NCBI RefSeq assembly: GCF_045037415.1
Contig: NZ_CP173438.1
DNA from: Escherichia coli
GTDB taxonomy: Bacteria; Pseudomonadota; Gammaproteobacteria; Enterobacterales; Enterobacteriaceae
DNA length: 64,000 nucleotides
Strand: one strand, 5' to 3'
Position numbers and translations under genes: made by a program. Of this stretch, positions 22,496 to 35,950 are shown one piece after another. How positions within the stretch are numbered: the stretch's first letter is position 1; every line of letters begins with the position of its first letter. Under the pieces are notes generated by a model. That model ran no database searches, was not told where the DNA came from, and saw nothing but the letters and a program-made list of their open reading frames with translations.

Positions 22496-23599
22496 ATGGA
22501 CCGCATTATTCAATCACCAGGTAAATACATCCAGGGCGCAGATGTAATTAATCGTCTGGGCGAGTACCTGAAGCCACTGGCGGAACGCTGGTTAGTGGTG
22601 GGTGACAAATTTGTTTTAGGTTTTGCTCAATCCACTGTCGAGAAAAGCTTTAAAGATGCTGGACTGGTAGTAGAAATTGCGCCGTTTGGCGGTGAATGTT
22701 CGCAAAATGAGATCGACCGTCTGCGTGGCATCGCGGAGACTGCGCAGTGTGGCGCAATTCTCGGTATTGGTGGCGGAAAAACCCTCGATACTGCCAAAGC
22801 ACTGGCACATTTCATGGGTGTTCCGGTAGCGATCGCACCGACTATCGCTTCTACCGACGCACCGTGCAGCGCATTGTCTGTTATCTACACCGATGAGGGT
22901 GAGTTTGACCGCTATCTGCTGTTGCCAAATAACCCGAATATGGTCATTGTCGACACCAAAATCGTCGCTGGCGCGCCCGCGCGTCTGTTAGCGGCGGGTA
23001 TTGGCGATGCGCTGGCAACCTGGTTTGAAGCGCGTGCCTGTTCCCGTAGCGGCGCGACCACCATGGCGGGTGGCAAGTGCACTCAGGCAGCGCTGGCACT
23101 GGCTGAACTGTGCTACAACACCCTGCTGGAAGAAGGCGAAAAAGCGATGCTTGCCGCCGAACAGCATGTAGTGACTCCGGCGCTGGAGCGCGTGATTGAA
23201 GCGAACACCTATTTGAGTGGCGTTGGTTTTGAAAGCGGCGGGCTGGCGGCGGCACACGCGGTACATAACGGCCTGACCGCTATCCCGGACGCGCATCACT
23301 ATTATCATGGTGAAAAAGTGGCATTCGGTACGCTGACGCAGCTGGTTCTGGAAAACGCGCCGGTGGAGGAAATCGAAACCGTAGCTGCGCTTAGCCATGC
23401 GGTAGGTTTGCCAATAACTCTCGCTCAACTGGATATTAAAGAAGATGTCCCGGCAAAAATGCGAATTGTGGCAGAAGCGGCATGTGCAGAAGGTGAAACC
23501 ATCCACAACATGCCTGGCGGCGCGACGCCAGATCAGGTTTACGCCGCACTGCTGGTAGCCGACCAGTATGGTCAGCGTTTCCTGCAAGAGTGGGAATAA
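22496..23599 (+). CDS. gldA: glycerol dehydrogenase
   Basis: Track ORF trimmed to [25 protein letters not shown] (367 aa). Confidence 0.93.
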
Positions 23600-23610
23600 T
23601 CTACTCCAAA

Positions 23611-23633
23611 CTCCCGGCTTGTCCGGGAGTTTG
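23611..23633 (+). terminator. hairpin terminator after gldA
   Basis: ctcccggcttgtccgggag followed by ttt. Confidence 0.5.
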
Positions 23634-23644
23634 AACGCAAAATT

Positions 23645-23743
23645 GCCTGATGCGCTACGCTTATCAGGCCTACGCAATCTCTGCAATATAGTAAATTTAC
23701 GTACTTTTGTAGACCGGATAAGGCGTTCACGCCGCATCCGGCA
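23645..23743. repeat. REP pair (BIME)
   Basis: gcctgatgcgctacgcttatcaggcctac and gtagaccggataaggcgttcacgccgcatccggca. Confidence 0.8.
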
Positions 23744-23874
23744 CGCTGTGCCAGTAATCTGAAACTTCCACGTTGTTCGGGTGTTTTTTTATCCGCTTCT
23801 GGACATTTTCTCCACAGAACAATCGTTAGCCCGGAAGGTCGAATCTGTGACTCTTATTTTCACGGACGAAACAG

Positions 23875-24492
23875 ATGAAAGCTTCACTGGCGTTATTCAG
23901 TCTTCTGACGGTATTTACCAGTTACTCCTTAAAATCTCCCGCCGTTCCACCAACCGTGGTACAAATCCAGGCCAACACCAATCTTGCCATCGCAGACGGC
24001 GCCAGACAGCAAATCGGCAGCACGCTATTTTACGATCCGGCGTATGTGCAGCTTACCTATCCTGGCGGTGATGTCCCGCAAGAACGCGGCGTATGTTCCG
24101 ATGTGGTGATCCGTGCATTGCGCAGCCAGAAGGTCGATTTGCAGAAACTGGTGCACGAAGATATGGCGAAGAATTTTGCTGCGTACCCGCAAAAATGGCA
24201 GTTAAAGCGCCCGGACAGCAACATCGATCACCGTCGGGTGCCTAATCTGGAAACCTGGTTTACCCGCCACGATAAAACACGCCCCACCAGCAAGAACCCC
24301 AGTGACTATCAAGCGGGCGATATTGTCTCCTGGCGATTAGATAACGGGCTGGCACATATTGGGGTGGTGTCAGATGGCTTCGCCCGCGACGGTACGCCGC
24401 TGGTGATACATAACATTGGCGCAGGCGCGCAGGAAGAAGATGTACTGTTTAGCTGGCGGATGGTGGGGCACTATCGGTATTTTGCTAAATAA
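23875..24492 (+). CDS. yijF: DUF1287-family secreted protein
   Basis: 205-aa ORF with signal peptide MKASLALFSLLTVFTSYS; K-12 synteny. Confidence 0.85.
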   Translation: MKASLALFSLLTVFTSYSLKSPAVPPTVVQIQANTNLAIADGARQQIGSTLFYDPAYVQLTYPGGDVPQERGVCSDVVIRALRSQKVDLQKLVHEDMAKNFAAYPQKWQLKRPDSNIDHRRVPNLETWFTRHDKTRPTSKNPSDYQAGDIVSWRLDNGLAHIGVVSDGFARDGTPLVIHNIGAGAQEEDVLFSWRMVGHYRYFAK

Positions 24493-24518
24493 GAGATCTC
24501 CCCACATGAAGAAAAAAT

Positions 24519-25424
24519 TCAGATCCTTTTTACACTGACGGCTTCTTTTTTCTTACGGCTCACCAGCGCCAGTGCCAGTACAATCAGCACAATACCGCTA
24601 CCTTCAACTGCCCCCGGATTCTCACCGAGCAGCCACCAGGAAAAGAGTACGCCGCAAACGGGAACGGCCAGTGTGCTTAAGCTGGCAATACTGGCAGGCA
24701 AGTTTTTCAATACAAACAACCATAAGCTCCACGCCAGCGCTGTCGCCAGAATCGCACTGTAGGCCAGCGCCCAGAACACGGTGGGTTGCCAGTCAATTTC
24801 ACGTTGCGGCACCAGTAAAGCGACCACGCTCATCACCAGCGCCGCATACAGCATCTGCCAGGATGTTAGCGACAATAAATCCACGCGCGGATGGCGGGCA
24901 TACAGACGTTTAGCAACAATCGCGCTCGCCCCCCAACTCACACCGGAGAGGATTGCCAGCATGGCACTTTTCATCGAAGAGAAATCGAGTTGCCACGGCT
25001 GCAACACCAAAAATAAGCCGAAAGCGGCAATCAGTATCGCGAAATATTGCCCACGTCGCAGGCGTTCACCGAGAAACAACGCGGCGAAAATCACCACCCA
25101 GAACGGCATGGTATAGCTCAGGATTGCCACCTTCCCCGCTCCGCCGCTGACCAGCGCCCACTGTGCCAGGCCAACCATCCCGCAGGTTTGTAACAGGGCA
25201 ATGGCTAAGGTGTATTTAAACGGCGTCGGGCGCATTCCGCGACCACGTAATAAAAGAACGATGAATAAAACGAGAGCGCCGAAAATGCAGCGTAAGGCGG
25301 TGAAGTCGAAGGCACCGATGTAGCTGGTGACTTGCTTCATGAAAATCCAGCTATAACTCCAGATAAGTGTGAGCACAACCAGGCCACTGATTGCCAGTGG
25401 GTTGCTCTTTCCTGCGGCAGACAT
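24519..25424 (-). CDS. yijE: EamA/DMT-family transporter (cystine exporter)
   Basis: Track ORF trimmed to [28 protein letters not shown] (301 aa), about 10 TM segments. Confidence 0.85.
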
Positions 25425-25517
25425 GAGAGATCCAGTGTGTAGTTTTCCTGTGGACACTATACGCCGGTAAAGAAACTTCAGCGACTGCATGAAAGGCAGT
25501 CGCTGAAGAAGGTCAGA

Positions 25518-27752
<2,235 letters not shown>

Positions 27753-28026
27753 TTATAATTGAATTAATCCACGGATGCGATAGTTGAGATCTTACATATT
27801 GTTGGTTAAAGAGATGTAGATCAAATTGATCGTAATTAAGACTTTTTGATTATGTCCGATTTAGGACAAATGCTTTATAAAAAAGGGTTTTAGATTTGTA
27901 TCCTTCAAGTAATGAGGGAGAAAACAAGGCTGATAACCTTATTTTCCCGCCCTCATTTCGAGGCAGCATTTTGTGCTCTGTTTAAAATTTGTGAACACTG
28001 TGTGATTTTCACAAAAGGCACAATAC

Positions 28027-28920
<894 letters not shown>

Positions 28921-28969
28921 TTACCTCATCAATCGCTTATCGTTATATGTTGTGTTGTGCACATCTATC

Positions 28970-28995
28970 CGTTTAGACGTCCAGATGTAAAGATG
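28970..28995. promoter_or_regulatory. MetJ operator (met boxes) of metF promoter
   Basis: tttagacgtccagatgtaaag contains AGACGTC met-box repeats upstream of the metF start. Confidence 0.6.
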
Positions 28996-29216
28996 AAGGA
29001 AAAGCCGAAGGGCGTCAACCGAAAAATAACCAATGATGGTGAGGAAAAATCAGGGAAGATGAAAAAAACTCATCTTAATTAGAGGCGATAAAAGATTTCT
29101 CTATAGCGCAATCCACCTCGCACGTTTTGACTCATATTCTGACAACACAGCGACACCTGGGCTAATTCGAAAAACAACGTCCTGCCACCGGATGGTGATG
29201 TTAAGGCATCTGATTC

Positions 29217-29238
29217 GGCCTGCGCCCTCGCGTAGGCC
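29217..29238 (-). terminator. imperfect hairpin downstream of the nucleotidase-like gene
   Basis: ggcctgcgccctcgcgtaggcc, 8-bp stem with one mismatch, about 60 bp beyond the minus-strand stop at 29299; no clear U-tract. Confidence 0.3.
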
Positions 29239-29298
29239 GAATACAGGATCTGCGCAATCAACGGGTAACAAACAGTTGAGTCAATTCAGTGCGCACTT

Positions 29299-30852
29299 TT
29301 ATTTGATATCCTTCACGCGCATACCGTTGAGCTGTTCATCCGTAATGGTGTTGCCCGCTTTGAAGTAATCAACCACCGCGTGATAAACGTAATAACCGCC
29401 CGTTGTGTTACGCGCTTTCCCTTCGGTAAAGGCGGTAAAACCATCTCCACCATCAGCAAGGAAACTCTGAGTAGCAATGTGATAAACCGTCGCATCTTCA
29501 ATGGGTTTGCCATTCAAAGTCAGTGTGATTACCCGCTGACCAACCGGCCTGTTGCTGTCGTACTTCATTTCCAGGCCTTTCGATACCTGTAAAACGCCAT
29601 TGCTTAAACTTGCGCCGTGTTCCATCAGACTGCGTAATTGTTTACCCATGAGTTCCATCGTCACCAGTTCGTTGGGGAACGGAAACGTACTGATGACGCC
29701 GCCCATCGTGATCGCCCCTGCGGGGATCTCATTGCGGATACCACCAGAGTTTGTTAACGCCAGTTGGGTGTTTTTACCCGCCGCTACCAATAAAGCGTCA
29801 GCCGCCAGGTTCCCGAGGGAAGCCGATTCACCATAGGCACGTTTTAATTCAACCGGCGATTGCGCCACCGTTTGTTGCACCACTTCATCAAGCTTTTTAT
29901 TCCAGCCGTCGATCACCTGTTTCGTTTGCGGATCGGGCTTCCACTCGTCAGCGTAAATGGTTTTAAGCTCGAAGTTTTTCACCGTAAAATTATGCGGCTT
30001 CTCTTTGTAGTCGAGAACCAGTTTGCCCACATCAATCCCGCCGCTGTCAGTGGAGAGGATGAGCGTATTGCCGACTTTAATCGGTTCCGGCGTACCCACA
30101 TGTGCATGTCCGGTGATCAAAATATCCAGCCCTTTCACCTGACTTGCCGTCTGAATATCTTTATCCAACGCGCGACGCACATCTGTGCCTCCCATACTGG
30201 ACTGGCGGGCTGGAACACCTTCGTGGATCAGGGCGACGGTCAAATCAACCTTGCCTTTGAGTTCATCGATATAACGTTGTAGCCATTTAATTTCATCGCG
30301 CGCTTCAATACCCACGCGCGTGGCAGCAGATACCGTATCATTAAAGGCAAATACTCCGTGCAAACCAATAACGCCTATTTTCACACCGTCTTTTTCGATG
30401 ATGGTATAGGGCTTATCCCAGAATGATTTACTGCTGTTCTGATAAAAAATATTGCCCTGCACAATAGGGAATTTTGCCTGGCTCAACTGTAATAATGTGT
30501 TGTCCCAGCCGTGGTCAAATTCATGGTTGCCTATTGTGACGGCATCAAACGGCATAGTATTCATAATATCGATAATAGCCTTACCTTTGGTCAGGCTGCT
30601 GATATATGGCCCGGTAAAATAGTCGCCCGCATCAAAAAACCATGTCGCTTTATTTTTTGCTTTTTCTTGCTTAACCAGCGTAGTGATATTTGCCCAGCCG
30701 CCAATATCCCGTTTACCGTCAGCGATCCACGGCACTTTATAAGGCTCGACATGTGCATGGAGGTCGTTGGTATAAATGATGGTGACATCTTTAGCGCAAG
30801 CCCAGAATGGCAGTGTTAATGCGATACCCGCAGCAAGTATTTTAATTTTCAT
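29299..30852 (-). CDS. secreted bifunctional metallophosphoesterase / 5'-nucleotidase-family protein (UshA/CpdB-like); not in K-12 at this position
   Basis: 517-aa ORF with signal peptide [20 protein letters not shown]; calcineurin-like motifs [38 protein letters not shown]; C-terminal half consistent with 5'-nucleotidase substrate-binding domain. Confidence 0.8.
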   Translation of the reverse strand: MKIKILAAGIALTLPFWACAKDVTIIYTNDLHAHVEPYKVPWIADGKRDIGGWANITTLVKQEKAKNKATWFFDAGDYFTGPYISSLTKGKAIIDIMNTMPFDAVTIGNHEFDHGWDNTLLQLSQAKFPIVQGNIFYQNSSKSFWDKPYTIIEKDGVKIGVIGLHGVFAFNDTVSAATRVGIEARDEIKWLQRYIDELKGKVDLTVALIHEGVPARQSSMGGTDVRRALDKDIQTASQVKGLDILITGHAHVGTPEPIKVGNTLILSTDSGGIDVGKLVLDYKEKPHNFTVKNFELKTIYADEWKPDPQTKQVIDGWNKKLDEVVQQTVAQSPVELKRAYGESASLGNLAADALLVAAGKNTQLALTNSGGIRNEIPAGAITMGGVISTFPFPNELVTMELMGKQLRSLMEHGASLSNGVLQVSKGLEMKYDSNRPVGQRVITLTLNGKPIEDATVYHIATQSFLADGGDGFTAFTEGKARNTTGGYYVYHAVVDYFKAGNTITDEQLNGMRVKDIK

Positions 30853-30984
30853 AAACAGTCCCTTTCAGTGAGATAAAGGATTGCTACATTACGTTCTGAA
30901 AGACTTATTTATGTGAGAGTAATCACATCCGCAGGGGATAGTTGCCGGACAAAATCAACGACCTTGTGAAATCGTTGGTGATAT

Positions 30985-32115
30985 ATGTCGACTCTGTTTA
31001 CGATTAATGCCTGTAAGTCGTTTGGTTGCCGTAATTTAGGGCAGCCAACATCGACAGATTATAGCTGGCCCGACTATCGACTGGGTTATCCGGCACTGCA
31101 CTGTCGGGCATGTGGCAGTTACCCGCCGTTGTTTGACGAGCAACAATTTCGTGACTGGTTGACAGTTCACTTATCTACTTTTGCAACAGAGAAAGGCCAT
31201 TTTTGCCCGGTATGTTATGGCACAGAGACGATTTGTTATGGTCACAATCCACAGGGTTCGCAACGCATTCAATGCCGTAACTGCAAAAAAGTATGGACAC
31301 CCAAACAATATCAGAAAGAAATAACGACTCCCGAAATAATCGAAACGGTTGCTTTGCTCGTGCCATTTCAGGGAGTCAGCAGCGGGCAGAAACTGTATGT
31401 TTTAATCAGTTTTGATGCTCTTCGCGGTAATATTCTTCATCTTTCTACTAATTACACGCAGCATCAGGCTGGAGAAAGTCTGCATTATCGATACAGAGGA
31501 AATGCAGAACCAGAGTTACACGACAATAATATTGTACAACGCGTTGATATGCGCGAAGCACAATTTCTACGCCGCAGTCAGTTTGATGAAATTCAGTATG
31601 GCAGCGCAGCGCTCAAGCGCAATGCCAAAGGCGCTATTCTGCGTCCGGTTATCACTGCACACGGGCATTTCAGAGTACTGAATATTTTATTCCCTACAGT
31701 AAAAACACATGTAATTTCACACGAGTGTTTTTTAAGAGGTGCCATTATTACGGCCTGGGCTGATCTGTTTCGCCAACAGCAAGGTGAAATTTGGTTTATT
31801 GAAGAGGAAATAGCTGACGATACCGATAATATGCCCTGGCGTTTTCAGGGAAAAACTTATCACGGCTGGTGGAAAAATCAGTGGCAACTCTGGGTTCAGG
31901 GAAAAAATCGTAAAATGGTATGTGCATTAACGGGCGGAAAGAGTAGCAAAGCAGAAATGCTCTCTTTAGCAACCAGCAGACATTTTATCGACTGGCTACA
32001 TAAACAAGCAGTATTTACTCACAGCGCCCCGCTTTCCGCAGGGCGCGTTACGCAAATACTGCTTTCTCTGGCTCAGGATTACAACAACTGCGCCAGTCGG
32101 TTAATATCCGACTGA
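30985..32115 (+). CDS. cysteine-rich zinc-ribbon protein, transposase-like N-terminus (IS1 InsA / IS1595-type zinc finger), C-terminal domain of unknown function
   Basis: 376-aa ORF; CxxC pairs at C10/C15, C40/C43, C74/C77, C97/C100; CPVCYGTETICYGHNPQGSQRIQCRNCKKVW parallels the IS1 InsA CPxC...QRYxCxxCxKxW pattern; hand-estimated GC near 42 percent; last 37 nt overlap the antisense metL 3' end. Confidence 0.65.
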   Translation: MSTLFTINACKSFGCRNLGQPTSTDYSWPDYRLGYPALHCRACGSYPPLFDEQQFRDWLTVHLSTFATEKGHFCPVCYGTETICYGHNPQGSQRIQCRNCKKVWTPKQYQKEITTPEIIETVALLVPFQGVSSGQKLYVLISFDALRGNILHLSTNYTQHQAGESLHYRYRGNAEPELHDNNIVQRVDMREAQFLRRSQFDEIQYGSAALKRNAKGAILRPVITAHGHFRVLNILFPTVKTHVISHECFLRGAIITAWADLFRQQQGEIWFIEEEIADDTDNMPWRFQGKTYHGWWKNQWQLWVQGKNRKMVCALTGGKSSKAEMLSLATSRHFIDWLHKQAVFTHSAPLSAGRVTQILLSLAQDYNNCASRLISD

Positions 32116-34511
32116 ATCGCCCCGGCGGTGACGTCGCGCCCTGCACCTGGCCCGCGGATCACCAGCGGGTTGTCGCGATACCAGCGGCTTTCGATGGCAA
32201 AGACGTTATCGCATGGCAGTAGTGATGCCAGCGGATGGTCTTCACGCACCGCTTCCACGCCCACACGCGCTTTGCCATTGGCATCGAAACGCGCCACGTA
32301 GCGCAGCACCAGCCCCATTTCGCGGGCCGCTTCCAGTCGTTGCACCATCTGCTCGTTAAGTTCATCGCCATTTTCAAAGAAATGGTCGATGCTGCCGCCT
32401 TCGCAATGGGCAGGCACCAGTGATTCAACACGTACCTGGTCCGGTTCAATGTTGTAACCCGCTTCACGCGCCAGAATCACCAGCTTGCGCATTACGTCTT
32501 TGCCGGAAAGGTCATCACGCGGGTCAGGTTCGGTTAAGCCTTGCTGCCACGCCTGATCCACCAGTTCGGTAAACGGCACGCTACCGTCGAATTGCAGGAA
32601 CAGCCAGGAGAGCGTGCCGGAGAAGATCCCACTGATCGACAAAATGGTATCGCCGCTGTCGATCAGATCGCGCACGGTATGGTTGATCGGCAAACCCGCA
32701 CCGACGGTGGCGTTGTACAGCCAGTGACGCCCGGTTTTTTCGAAGGCGTCGTGGATCTGGCGATATTTATTGCTGTCGCTTGCTCCTGCCAGTTTGTTGG
32801 CACTGATGACGTGGAAACCGTGGCTGGCGAAATCAAGATACTGGTCAGCGAGCTGCTGGCTGGCGGTAACGTCCAGCACCACTAAATCATCATACGGATG
32901 GGCGCGCATCCACAGGAACAGCGACTCTTCATCCTGCTCGACCGCTTCATCGTTGAAGAAGGCTAACGCGCGGCTGGCGTCCAGACCGTCATAGCTCAAC
33001 AGGCTACGGCGGCTGTCCACCACGCCTGCCAGCACAAATTCAAAGCCGGTACGTGCCGAAAGCGTACTCTGCTCACGGGCGAACAGTTCCAGCCAGCGGG
33101 AACCGATATTGCCCTTGCCGAACAATACCAGGCCGATGCGTTTTTCCGCGCGGAAGACGGACTGATGCAGCCCCTGAATCAGGCTTTCGGTCGGGCCGGT
33201 GCGCAGTACTGCCACCAGGCTGATGCCGTCATCGGACTGCCAGGTAAATTCGACCGGCTGGCCTTTCAGTTGCTGCCAGAAGCGGTGGCAATGCAGCGGG
33301 TTACGGGTGACGCCCGCCCCAACCATCGCCACCAGCGCCAGCCCCTGACGCAGGCGCAGTTCGCCAGGTAATCCCGCTTCGTCGAGGATTTTCAGCGCAC
33401 TGTCGGCCACTTCTGAGGTGTAGCAAAATTGCAGCAACTGGCGATCGTTATGCACGCCAACCGCCAGTGGACGTACCTGAGCACGTTTCAGGATCTGGTC
33501 GATCTCTTTATGCGCCAGTTTGAAATCCTGGCTGGCGGGCACCTGAAACTCAATCAAGCAGACATCATCATGGCTGGTGACAATACGCGCACCAGTACCG
33601 GAGGCCAGCACGCGTTCAATGCGCGTGGAACCTTGATCCGGCGTGTAGCTACAGCGCAGTTGCAGGTCGATTTCGCTGCCAGAAACGGGCTGTAAAGTAC
33701 GGGCATGAAGAACGGGAGCCGCCAGACGCGCCAGTTCGCTGGCTTCATCCAGACGCAGCAACGGCAGCAGGCAGGCATCTTTCACTTTACGCGGGTCGGC
33801 GCTATATACCCCGGCGACGTCGCTCCAGATGGTTACGCGAGAAACACCCGCCAGCGCACCGATTTGTGTCGCGGAATAGTCGGAACCGTTACGCCCCAGC
33901 AGCACCGTTTCACCGGCGTTGTTACGGCTGATAAACCCGGTCACCACCAGACGTTTGCCCGGATGTTGTACCAGTAGCTGTTGCAGCAACGGGTAAGAAA
34001 GCCCTTCATCAACCTGCGGTTGCGCAGCGCGTTCAGCGCGTAAAAACTCGCGGGCATCAAGCCAGGCCGATGGCAGCCCTTGTTGATTAAGCACCGCAGA
34101 CATCAGGCGCGCCGACCACACTTCACCGTGGCCCACCACTTCCGCATACACCGCATCGTTAATACCGCTGTCGAGCAACGCCGCCAGGCGCTCAAGATCG
34201 CTGACAAAAGCGCTAATGAGGTTATCGGCTTCTTCGGCGGGTAGCAGGCCGCTAATCAGATCGCACTGATAACGACGTAATGTTTGTTGAACCTGATGCG
34301 CAGAGAGACGATCGGTCTGGCTTAGTTTCAACCAGTTAATCAACTGGTTAGTGGTGCTACCGGCGGCGGAAACCACCATCATATCGTCAGGCTGAGAGTA
34401 CTCCGCCATAATGCCCGCGACACGCAAATAACACTTCACATCAGCCAGACTACTGCCACCAAATTTATGCAGTTGACGACCTTTCGCCCCTGCCTGCGCA
34501 ATCACACTCAT
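32079..34511 (-). CDS. metL: bifunctional aspartokinase II / homoserine dehydrogenase II
   Basis: 810-aa ORF MSVIAQAGAKGRQLHKFGGSSLADVKCY... ending DINRLAQLL. Confidence 0.97.
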   Translation of the reverse strand: MSVIAQAGAKGRQLHKFGGSSLADVKCYLRVAGIMAEYSQPDDMMVVSAAGSTTNQLINWLKLSQTDRLSAHQVQQTLRRYQCDLISGLLPAEEADNLISAFVSDLERLAALLDSGINDAVYAEVVGHGEVWSARLMSAVLNQQGLPSAWLDAREFLRAERAAQPQVDEGLSYPLLQQLLVQHPGKRLVVTGFISRNNAGETVLLGRNGSDYSATQIGALAGVSRVTIWSDVAGVYSADPRKVKDACLLPLLRLDEASELARLAAPVLHARTLQPVSGSEIDLQLRCSYTPDQGSTRIERVLASGTGARIVTSHDDVCLIEFQVPASQDFKLAHKEIDQILKRAQVRPLAVGVHNDRQLLQFCYTSEVADSALKILDEAGLPGELRLRQGLALVAMVGAGVTRNPLHCHRFWQQLKGQPVEFTWQSDDGISLVAVLRTGPTESLIQGLHQSVFRAEKRIGLVLFGKGNIGSRWLELFAREQSTLSARTGFEFVLAGVVDSRRSLLSYDGLDASRALAFFNDEAVEQDEESLFLWMRAHPYDDLVVLDVTASQQLADQYLDFASHGFHVISANKLAGASDSNKYRQIHDAFEKTGRHWLYNATVGAGLPINHTVRDLIDSGDTILSISGIFSGTLSWLFLQFDGSVPFTELVDQAWQQGLTEPDPRDDLSGKDVMRKLVILAREAGYNIEPDQVRVESLVPAHCEGGSIDHFFENGDELNEQMVQRLEAAREMGLVLRYVARFDANGKARVGVEAVREDHPLASLLPCDNVFAIESRWYRDNPLVIRGPGAGRDVTAGAIQSDINRLAQLL

Positions 34512-34513
34512 TT

Positions 34514-35674
34514 TTACCCCTTGTTTGCAGCCCGGAAGCCATTTTCCAGGTCGGCAATTAAATCTTCGCCATCTTCAATACCGGTGGAGATACGCAGCAG
34601 CGTCTCGGAGATCCCGGCGGCAGCACGCGCTTCTGGTGCCATGCCTGCATGTGTCATGGTTGCGGCGTGAGAGATTAAACTTTCCACTCCCCCTAATGAT
34701 TCCGCCAGCGTAAACAACGACAGCCCGCCCAGGAAACGACGCAGCGTCTGCTCATCGCCATCCAGTTCAAAACTCAACATTGCGCCAAAGCCTTTTTGCT
34801 GGCGCGCGGCAATTTCATGCCCCTGATTTTCCGGCAGCGACGGGTGATACAGTTTCTTCACCAACGGCTGGGTTTGCAGATATTTCACAATCGCCTGCGC
34901 GTTGCGCTGCGCCAGCTCCATACGCGGCACCAGCGTTCGCAACCCGCGCAGCAGCAGATAGCTGTCAAACGCGCCGCCCGTCACGCCAATATTGTTTGCC
35001 CACCAGGCAAGTTCAGTGACAACGTCCGGGTCTTTAGCAATCACTACGCCTGCCACCACGTCAGAGTGACCGTTCAGATATTTCGTGCATGAATGCAACA
35101 CCAGATCGGCACCTAATGCCAGTGGATTTTGTAATGCCGGGCTTAAGAAGGTGTTATCCACCACGCTCACCGCCCCGACTTCCCTTGCCAGATGGCAAAT
35201 TTTCGCAATATCCACGACGCGTAACAATGGATTACTTGGGCTTTCTACCAGTACCAGTTTGGGTTTTTCTGCCAGCGCTGCCCGTAATGCCTGTTCATCG
35301 CTTTGATCAACAAACAACACGCGATAGCAACCGCGTTTCGCCAGGCTGTCGAACAGGCGATAGCTACCGCCGTAGCAGTCGTGCGGCGCAACCAGCAGAT
35401 CGCCAGGTTTCAAAAAGACGGTCGTTACCAGGTGAATCGCGGACATGCCGGTATTAGTAAGTACGGCACCGGCACCGCCTTCCAGTTCTGCCAGCGCACG
35501 CTGAACCACATCGCGCGTTGGGTTGCCGCGACGCGAGTAATCATGCGCACGTGGTTCATTAAATCCGGTAAAGTTATAGGTACTGGAAAGATGGATGGGA
35601 GGGACAACGCAACCATACTGTTCGTCGTCATTTAACCCGCTACGCACTGCGATGGTGGCCTGTTTACGCGTCAT
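34514..35674 (-). CDS. metB: cystathionine gamma-synthase
   Basis: Track ORF trimmed to MTRKQATIAVRSGLNDDEQYGCVVPPIHLSSTYNF (386 aa); 2-bp gap to metL. Confidence 0.95.
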   Translation of the reverse strand: MTRKQATIAVRSGLNDDEQYGCVVPPIHLSSTYNFTGFNEPRAHDYSRRGNPTRDVVQRALAELEGGAGAVLTNTGMSAIHLVTTVFLKPGDLLVAPHDCYGGSYRLFDSLAKRGCYRVLFVDQSDEQALRAALAEKPKLVLVESPSNPLLRVVDIAKICHLAREVGAVSVVDNTFLSPALQNPLALGADLVLHSCTKYLNGHSDVVAGVVIAKDPDVVTELAWWANNIGVTGGAFDSYLLLRGLRTLVPRMELAQRNAQAIVKYLQTQPLVKKLYHPSLPENQGHEIAARQQKGFGAMLSFELDGDEQTLRRFLGGLSLFTLAESLGGVESLISHAATMTHAGMAPEARAAAGISETLLRISTGIEDGEDLIADLENGFRAANKG

Positions 35675-35734
35675 GTGATGAAGTTCCCTGGGCTTTGTCG
35701 GTGAAATGTCAGGCACCAGAGTAAACATTGTGTT

Positions 35735-35768
35735 AATGGACGTCAATACATCTGGACATCTAAACTTC
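35735..35768. promoter_or_regulatory. MetJ operator (met boxes) in divergent metB/metJ promoter region
   Basis: atggacgtcaatacatctggacatctaaac, tandem AGACGTCT-like repeats. Confidence 0.65.
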
Positions 35769-35950
35769 TTTGCGTATAGATTGAGCAAATCCCAAATAGC
35801 CGTTAAAATTATATGCATTATCACGCCGACAGGTGCATTACACGATGTCACGGTAACGCCTGTACGGTAAACTATGCGGGTTTACGGTCAGTACCCACAT
35901 TAACTGTGTGGTCTGGTCTCAATTTATTGACGAAGAGGATTAAGTATCTC

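Noticed and set aside
22988-23737. 249-aa minus-strand ORF antisense to gldA that extends into the REP region
   Set aside because: Antisense to a confident gene; its N-terminal part is translated from REP repeats.
29217-29238. Hairpin as a definite terminator or insertion junction
   Set aside because: The stem is imperfect and lacks a U-tract; it is kept only as a low-confidence feature, and junctions cannot be placed without alignment to a reference.
31175-31681. Short internal ORFs (63 aa minus-strand, 89 aa plus-strand) inside the Cys-rich gene
   Set aside because: Nested within the longer 376-aa frame, which is the more parsimonious gene model.
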